From Pseudomonadota bacterium (GTDB lineage Bacteria; Myxococcota_A; Polyangia; Fen-1088), in NCBI GenBank assembly GCA_017881315.1, contig JADGRB010000001.1, positions 12,564 to 76,563 on the forward strand: a stretch of DNA of 64,000 nt, in the 5' to 3' direction. Below, piece by piece: positions 59,270-64,000 of the stretch (position 1 is the first letter of the stretch; each line of letters starts with the position of its first letter). The notes beneath the pieces were generated by a model that worked only from the letters and a program-made list of their open reading frames with translations, was not told the origin of the DNA and did no database searches. The position numbers and the translations under genes are program-made.

Positions 59270-60811
59270 ATGAAAACTGTCACCGAGTTTCCAGGAATTG
59301 TGCTCCGAGAGGCGGCGGGAATTCGGCGCCTGCATCGCCCCGCGCCGGTGGCGCCACCCGCGGCGCCCGTCCCGCCCGAGTCCGAAGCGGGATCGTCGAC
59401 CGCGGTCGAGCCGACGAGCGAGGCACCATCGGCTGAGCTCGACCAGGTTTCCGCGGTCGAGGCACCCGCGGTCGAGCCGACGAGCGAGGCACCCGCGGAC
59501 GAGGCACCCGCGGACGAGGCACCGGCCGTCGAGGCGGCACCGGCCGTCGAGGCGGAGCCGGCCGTCGAGGCGGCGGCGAGCGCCGAGTCTGTCGGCACCG
59601 ACGTGCCCGCGCCCGAGGGACCACCTCCCGAAGGTCCGACGCCCGACGGACCCGCGCCCGAGGAGCCTGCGCCCGAGGCACCACAGCCGGAGGTGGCGGA
59701 AGCCGCCGCGCCGGTGGTCGATGAAGGCGCCATTGCCGCCGCGGCCGAGCTGGAAGAGAAGCTCGATATCAAAGGCGATCGCCTGGCGCGACTCATGGAG
59801 GCGCTCGACGTCATCCGCGATCGCGCCGACAACGTGCGGCTCGTGCGCGTGATGAGCGGCGAGGATCCGCCACCCGGTGCCAAGAAGCAGGGCGACTTCT
59901 ACTACCTCGTCGATCTTCTGCCGCGCCCGGAGCAGCGGCGCGATCGGGGCGATCGCGCTGGCGGGCAAGGTCGTCGCGAGCGGGGTGGCGGCGGTCCCGG
60001 CGGCGGCCGTGGCGGCGGCGGTGGTCGTCCAGGCGGCGGCCCCGGCGGAGCCGGCGGCGGTCGTCCCGGCGGCGGCCCGGGCGGAGCCGGCGGTCGTGCC
60101 GGCGGCGGCTTCGGTTTCGGCGGTCGTGATCGCGATTCGGGTCCAGGCACACCCGCCGCCGGTCCCGGTTGGATGATCACCCGGGATGCCGGCGGTCCTC
60201 CATTGCCGGACGGTCGTCCCGGTCGCCGTCCGGTCGCCAAGCGCGCAGACGCCGAAGCGGGCGATCGGCGCCCCGGTCGGGGAGCTGGCGGTGGTGCAGG
60301 TGGTCGTCCCGGCGGCGGTCCGGGTGGTCGTCCCGGCGGCGGTCCGGGGGGCGGCGCTGGAGGTCGGCCGGCGGGTGGTCCCGGTGGCGGTGTGGGCGCC
60401 CGGCCCGGTGGCGGACCCGGCGGTCGCCCGGGCGGCGGGCCAGGCGGTGGCTCGGGTCGCGGACCTGGCGGTGGCCCAGGCGGTCGTCCCAGCGGCGGGC
60501 CCGGTGGTGATTCTCGCGGGCGCGGTCCGCGCGGACCCGGCGGTGGACCGGGCGCATCGCGCGGTCCGGCCTTCGCGCGCGGTGGGCCGGGTGGAAGGCC
60601 GCCGGGGTCGGGGCCGAAGCGCGATTCGATGGGCTGGCCGATCGCCGACACCGTCGCGCCGGGGTCGGTCGCTCCCTTGCCGAGATCGACGTCGGCCTCC
60701 AGGGCGGAGCCGAAATCCGGGCCGAAATCCGAGTCAAAATCCGAGTCGAAGCTCGAGCCGGTCTCGGCTCCGCCAGAGCCGTCCACCCCCGACGCCTCCA
60801 AGTCGTCGTAG
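59270..60811 (+). CDS. Intrinsically disordered protein: acidic Pro/Glu/Ala-rich N-region, short folded segment, long GGRPGGGPGG (RGG-like) repeat region, Ser/Lys/Glu tail
   Basis: The ORF abuts the upstream gene (38 nt) and ends 3 nt before the downstream gene. The central segment EEKLDIKGDRLARLMEALDVIRDRADNVRLVRVMSGE looks folded. An antisense Pro-rich ORF (59902..61161) exists but overruns the downstream gene. Confidence 0.55.
   Translation: MKTVTEFPGIVLREAAGIRRLHRPAPVAPPAAPVPPESEAGSSTAVEPTSEAPSAELDQVSAVEAPAVEPTSEAPADEAPADEAPAVEAAPAVEAEPAVEAAASAESVGTDVPAPEGPPPEGPTPDGPAPEEPAPEAPQPEVAEAAAPVVDEGAIAAAAELEEKLDIKGDRLARLMEALDVIRDRADNVRLVRVMSGEDPPPGAKKQGDFYYLVDLLPRPEQRRDRGDRAGGQGRRERGGGGPGGGRGGGGGRPGGGPGGAGGGRPGGGPGGAGGRAGGGFGFGGRDRDSGPGTPAAGPGWMITRDAGGPPLPDGRPGRRPVAKRADAEAGDRRPGRGAGGGAGGRPGGGPGGRPGGGPGGGAGGRPAGGPGGGVGARPGGGPGGRPGGGPGGGSGRGPGGGPGGRPSGGPGGDSRGRGPRGPGGGPGASRGPAFARGGPGGRPPGSGPKRDSMGWPIADTVAPGSVAPLPRSTSASRAEPKSGPKSESKSESKLEPVSAPPEPSTPDASKSS
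59940..60600. repeat. Imperfect ~30-bp tandem repeat (GGTCGTCCCGGCGGCGGCCCGGGCGGAGCC-like)
   Basis: About 15-20 degenerate copies encode GGRPGGGPGGA units. GC is above 80%. Confidence 0.5.
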
Positions 60812-60814
60812 CGT

Positions 60815-62374
60815 TTGCGGCGCGATATGCGCGGAAGACCTCGGATGGCGTGGGCCAAGATCGTCGGCGTCGGCGCCTGGTATGCGCTGGGGATCTCCGC
60901 GGTGGTGGCCGCGGCGGTCGTCGCGCCGCCTTCGCCGCCGCCGCGTCTGGCCGTCGAGGGCGGCCTGTCGTTCGACGTCCGTGACGCGAAGACCGGCCAG
61001 CCGATTCCCTGCAAGCTGACGCTGGTGGGCGTCGACGGCACGCCCGATCCCGAGTTCACGCGCGTCGACATCGCGCGGCAGGAGGGCGACGGCGCGATCG
61101 CCGCCTTCAATCGGATCATGTCGCTGACCGGCGTCGGCGTCGCGCACGTGCCCGCCGGCACCTACGACGTGACGGTGAGCCGGGGACCGGAGTGGGAGAT
61201 CTCGACGGCGCGGCACCTCAAGATCACGGCTCGCGGAGCGACGGTGACGGCGCGGCTCGACCACGTGGTCGATACGCACGGCTGGCTGTCCGCCGATTTT
61301 CACGTCCATGCCGCCCGCTCGCCCGATTCGCGCGTGCCGATGCACGACCGGATCTTCGAGTTCGTCGCCGACGACGTCCAGATGATCGTCGCAACCGATC
61401 ACAACGTGATCTCGGACTACGAACCGTACATCCGGGAGCTCGACGCCGGACGCTACATCACGAGCGCGGTGGGCGACGAGCTGACCACCGCCGCCTGGGG
61501 TCACTTCGGCGCGTTTCCGTTGCCCCGTAACCTGGAGGCGCCCGGGCAGGGCGCGATCCTGGTCCACGGGCGGCGGCCGGATGACTTCTTCAAGGACGTG
61601 CGCCGGAACGCCCCCGACGCGATCATCGACGTGCACCACCCACGGATCGACGCCGAGATCGGCTATTTCGACATCGGTCAGTTCGACGCCCGCTCCGATC
61701 GGGCCGGCCGGGCCGGGTTCTCCTGGGACTTCGACGCGCTCGAGGTGATGAACGGCTATCAGGATCCGGTACGGCGCAGCGTCGACCGCGTGGTCGAGGA
61801 CTGGTTCTCGCTACTCAACCACGATCACCTGGTCACCGCGACGGGAAACTCCGACACCCACCACCTCACCTTCAACATCGGCGGCTACCCGCGGAACTAC
61901 GTCAAGGTGCGCGAGGACAAGCCCGAGCGGATCGATCCCAGGGAGATCGCGACGGCGCTGCGTGGCCACCACGCCTTCTTCACGACGGGGCCATTCGTCG
62001 CGCTGGCGGTCAACGGGGGCGCGATCGGCGACCTGGTGCCGGCGCGCGGCGGAAAGGCGCACGCCGAGATCACCGTCCAGGCGGCCTCGTGGGTCTCGGT
62101 CGATCGGGTGACGCTCTACCTGAACGGCGAGGAGGCGAAGCGCTGGACGGTGCCGCCCGGGACCGCGGCGGTGCGTTTCCACGAGACGTTCGATCTTTCG
62201 ACCCCGCGCGACGGGTACGTGGTGGTCCGGGTCGACGGCGGCAAGTCGCTGTCGCCGGTGGTCGGCGATCGCAAGACCTTCACGGCCTACCCGTTCGCGC
62301 TCACCAACCCGGTCTTCCTCGACGTCGACGGGGACGGGAAGTACCGCACCGGCTCTCCACACGGGCACCCGTAG
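60815..62374 (+). CDS. PHP-domain (CehA/McbA-like) metal-dependent phosphoesterase, probably secreted or membrane-anchored
   Basis: ADFHVHAARSPDS and IVATDHN (PHP His motifs), with later GNSDTHH. The N-terminus has a hydrophobic AWAKIVGVGAWYALGISAVVAAAVVA. Alternative starts are at 60827 and 60845. Confidence 0.7.
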   Translation: MRRDMRGRPRMAWAKIVGVGAWYALGISAVVAAAVVAPPSPPPRLAVEGGLSFDVRDAKTGQPIPCKLTLVGVDGTPDPEFTRVDIARQEGDGAIAAFNRIMSLTGVGVAHVPAGTYDVTVSRGPEWEISTARHLKITARGATVTARLDHVVDTHGWLSADFHVHAARSPDSRVPMHDRIFEFVADDVQMIVATDHNVISDYEPYIRELDAGRYITSAVGDELTTAAWGHFGAFPLPRNLEAPGQGAILVHGRRPDDFFKDVRRNAPDAIIDVHHPRIDAEIGYFDIGQFDARSDRAGRAGFSWDFDALEVMNGYQDPVRRSVDRVVEDWFSLLNHDHLVTATGNSDTHHLTFNIGGYPRNYVKVREDKPERIDPREIATALRGHHAFFTTGPFVALAVNGGAIGDLVPARGGKAHAEITVQAASWVSVDRVTLYLNGEEAKRWTVPPGTAAVRFHETFDLSTPRDGYVVVRVDGGKSLSPVVGDRKTFTAYPFALTNPVFLDVDGDGKYRTGSPHGHP

Positions 62375-62397
62375 CCGATTCGGCTACGAGTGCCCGT
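62361..62397 (+). terminator. Strong 17-bp-stem hairpin overlapping the PHP gene stop codon
   Basis: ACGGGCACCCGTAGCCG-ATT-CGGCTACGAGTGCCCGT (one mismatch), followed by GTT. Confidence 0.45.
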
Positions 62398-62437
62398 GTT
62401 ACGCTGACGGCGGGGGGACGAGCAGCTTCGTCGCGCG

Positions 62438-64000
62438 CATGAGCGCAGAGCCATCAGAGCTGACACTGGAGGCGCGCCACCACGCGCTGGAAGAGCGCTA
62501 CCACGCGCTGGAGGCGCGGTACCGCGCGCTCCTGGTGGCGGCGCCGACGCCGCTCGGTGCCGCCGGCGCGCCGGCGAGCCAGGTGCACGAGTCGGTGGAC
62601 CGTCGCGCGCGTTTCTTGGTCTCGGCCAGCGCCGCCCTGTCCGAGTCGCTCGACTACCAACGCACGCTGCGCCGGGTGGCGGAGCTGGCCGTTCCGGACA
62701 TCGCCGACTGGTGCACGGTGACCGCGATCGACGAACAAGGGGAGGCGAAGCGCCTGGCGGTCGTTCACGCCGATCCCAGCCGGGGCGATCTGGTCGCCGA
62801 GTACGAGCAGAAGTTTCCGCCCACCGAGCACAAGGCCGGATTCCTGGTCGACGTCCTCAAGAACGGGACCGCGGTGCTGAGCGCCCAGGTCAGCGACGGG
62901 GACCTGGTCCGCGCCGCCCAGACCGACGATCACCTGCGGGTCATGCGCGGCCTCGGCTGCACCTCCTGCATCATCGTGCCCATGGTCGCCGGCGGCGAGA
63001 CGCTCGGTGTGATCTCGCTGATGCGCGCCGCCCCGGACCGCCCCTACGGCGAGGCCGACCTCGCGATCGCCGAGGAGCTGGCCCACCGCGCGGGGCTGGC
63101 CGTCGACAGCGCCCGGCTCTACCGGCAGGCGCGCCGCCGGGAAGAGACGGCACGCTTCTTCGCCGAGGCCAGCGTGCTTCTGTCGAGCTCGCTCGACTTC
63201 AAGTCGATCTGCGAGCGGTTGGCGAGCCTGGTGGTCCCGACCTTCGCGGACTGGTGCGGTGTCGATCTGGTGCAGGACGGCGAGCTCCGCCGGATCGCCA
63301 TCGCCCACGTCGACCCCGCAAAGATCGAGATCGCCTGGGAGTCGCGGCGTCGCTTCCCGCCGGATCCGAATGCCCCACGCGGTCCCCACGCCGTGGTTCG
63401 TACCGGGCGATCCGAGCTCGTCGACGAGATCTCCGACGGGATGCTGGCAAATGCCGCACAGAACGAAGAGCACCTGCGCTTCATGCGAGATCTGGGGATG
63501 CGGTCGCTCATCCTGGTGCCGCTGGTGGCGGGCGGACGCCCGATCGGCGTCCTCAATCTGGTCTGGGCGGAGTCGGGCCGCCGCTACGGACGTGAGGATC
63601 TGGAGATGATGGAGGAGCTGGGGCGCCGCGCCGGGCTCGCCATCGAAAACGCACGGCTCTACCACGAGGCCCGGGTGGCCGTGAAGCTGCGCGACGAGTT
63701 CCTCTCCATCGCGAGCCATGAGCTCAAGACGCCGCTCACCAGCCTGCGCCTCAAGGTCGACGGAATCCTGCGGGCGGCCACCAAGCGCAGATCGATCGAA
63801 CCCGCCACGCTGATCGCGCGCATCGAGGGCGTCGACAAGCAGCTCGCGCGTCTGACCGAGCTGGTGGACGCCTTGCTCGACGTCAGCCGCGCCGCCGCCG
63901 GTCGGTTGGAGCTCACGCTCGACGAGGTCGATCTGGTGGTGGTCGTGCGCGATGTCGCCGAGCGTTTCAAGGACGAGCTCCGCTCCGCCGGGTGCGCGCT
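62438..64000 (+). CDS. Sensor histidine kinase with tandem GAF domains, 3'-partial (runs off the window). Absent from the ORF track
   Basis: ATG at 62438. The translation is clean to the window end: MSAEPSELTLEARHHALEERYHALEARYRALLVAAP..., GAF 1 (FLVSASAALSESLDYQRTLRRVAELAVPDIADWCTV...GETLGVISLMR), GAF 2 (FFAEASVLLSSSLDFKSICERLASLVVPTFADWCGV...GRPIGVLNLVW), and HisKA (EFLSIASHELKTPLTSL). The antisense track ORF 62454..63719 is spurious. Confidence 0.8.

Noticed and set aside
59902-61161. 419-aa minus-strand proline-rich ORF (PPGPPPGRPPG repeats)
   Set aside because: It is the antisense reading of the GGRPGGGPGG repeat. It would overrun the start of the PHP phosphoesterase gene by ~350 nt and lacks a sensible N-terminus. 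The plus-strand ORF fits neatly between its neighbours. Strand assignment is still flagged as uncertain in the findings.
62454-63719. 421-aa minus-strand ORF listed in the track
   Set aside because: The plus strand in frame +2 encodes a clean tandem-GAF histidine kinase through this entire interval. The minus-strand product is R/G/A junk.

Overview
This is a 64 kb, roughly 70% GC stretch of chromosome that looks like a Myxococcota (myxobacterial-type) genome, based on an FrzS/AglZ-like pseudo-receiver coiled-coil protein, a giant TPR protein, an OmpA protein with thrombospondin-type-3 repeats, and ECF sigma/anti-sigma pairs. Genes are dense on both strands. I found no rRNA or tRNA genes, no CRISPR array, no transposase or integrase, and no clear prophage.

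Ordinary content:
- Core machinery: RNase Y, SecA, HflX, RseP, TsaB, LeuCD with a divergent LysR regulator, RecQ, FabV, UspA.
- Other ordinary content: an ABC-2 exporter, two-component proteins, and Omp85-family proteins.

Most notable regions:
- A 3,494-aa TPR protein (887-11371) with a non-TPR C-terminal domain.
- An 11 kb glycan/polar-headgroup biosynthesis locus (14988-25899). It ends in an unusual triad: two paralogous proteins with a degenerate nucleotidyltransferase domain fused to a CDP-alcohol phosphotransferase, flanking a P-loop kinase. Nearby are an intact small nucleotidyltransferase, HAD and IMPase/CysQ phosphatases, an AsnB-like amidotransferase, a methyltransferase and two GT4 glycosyltransferases.
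- A second lipid locus with three more CDP-alcohol-transferase/PLD family genes (34579-37654).
- A secreted/envelope block (57019-62374): an OmpA-TSP3 protein with a Lys/Ala-rich tail, a small CXXCH protein, a Gly-Arg repeat disordered protein and a PHP-family phosphoesterase.
- A tandem-GAF histidine kinase gene (62438 to the window end) that is missing from the supplied ORF track.

All calls rest on reading the translations and the DNA by eye. No database searches were run.
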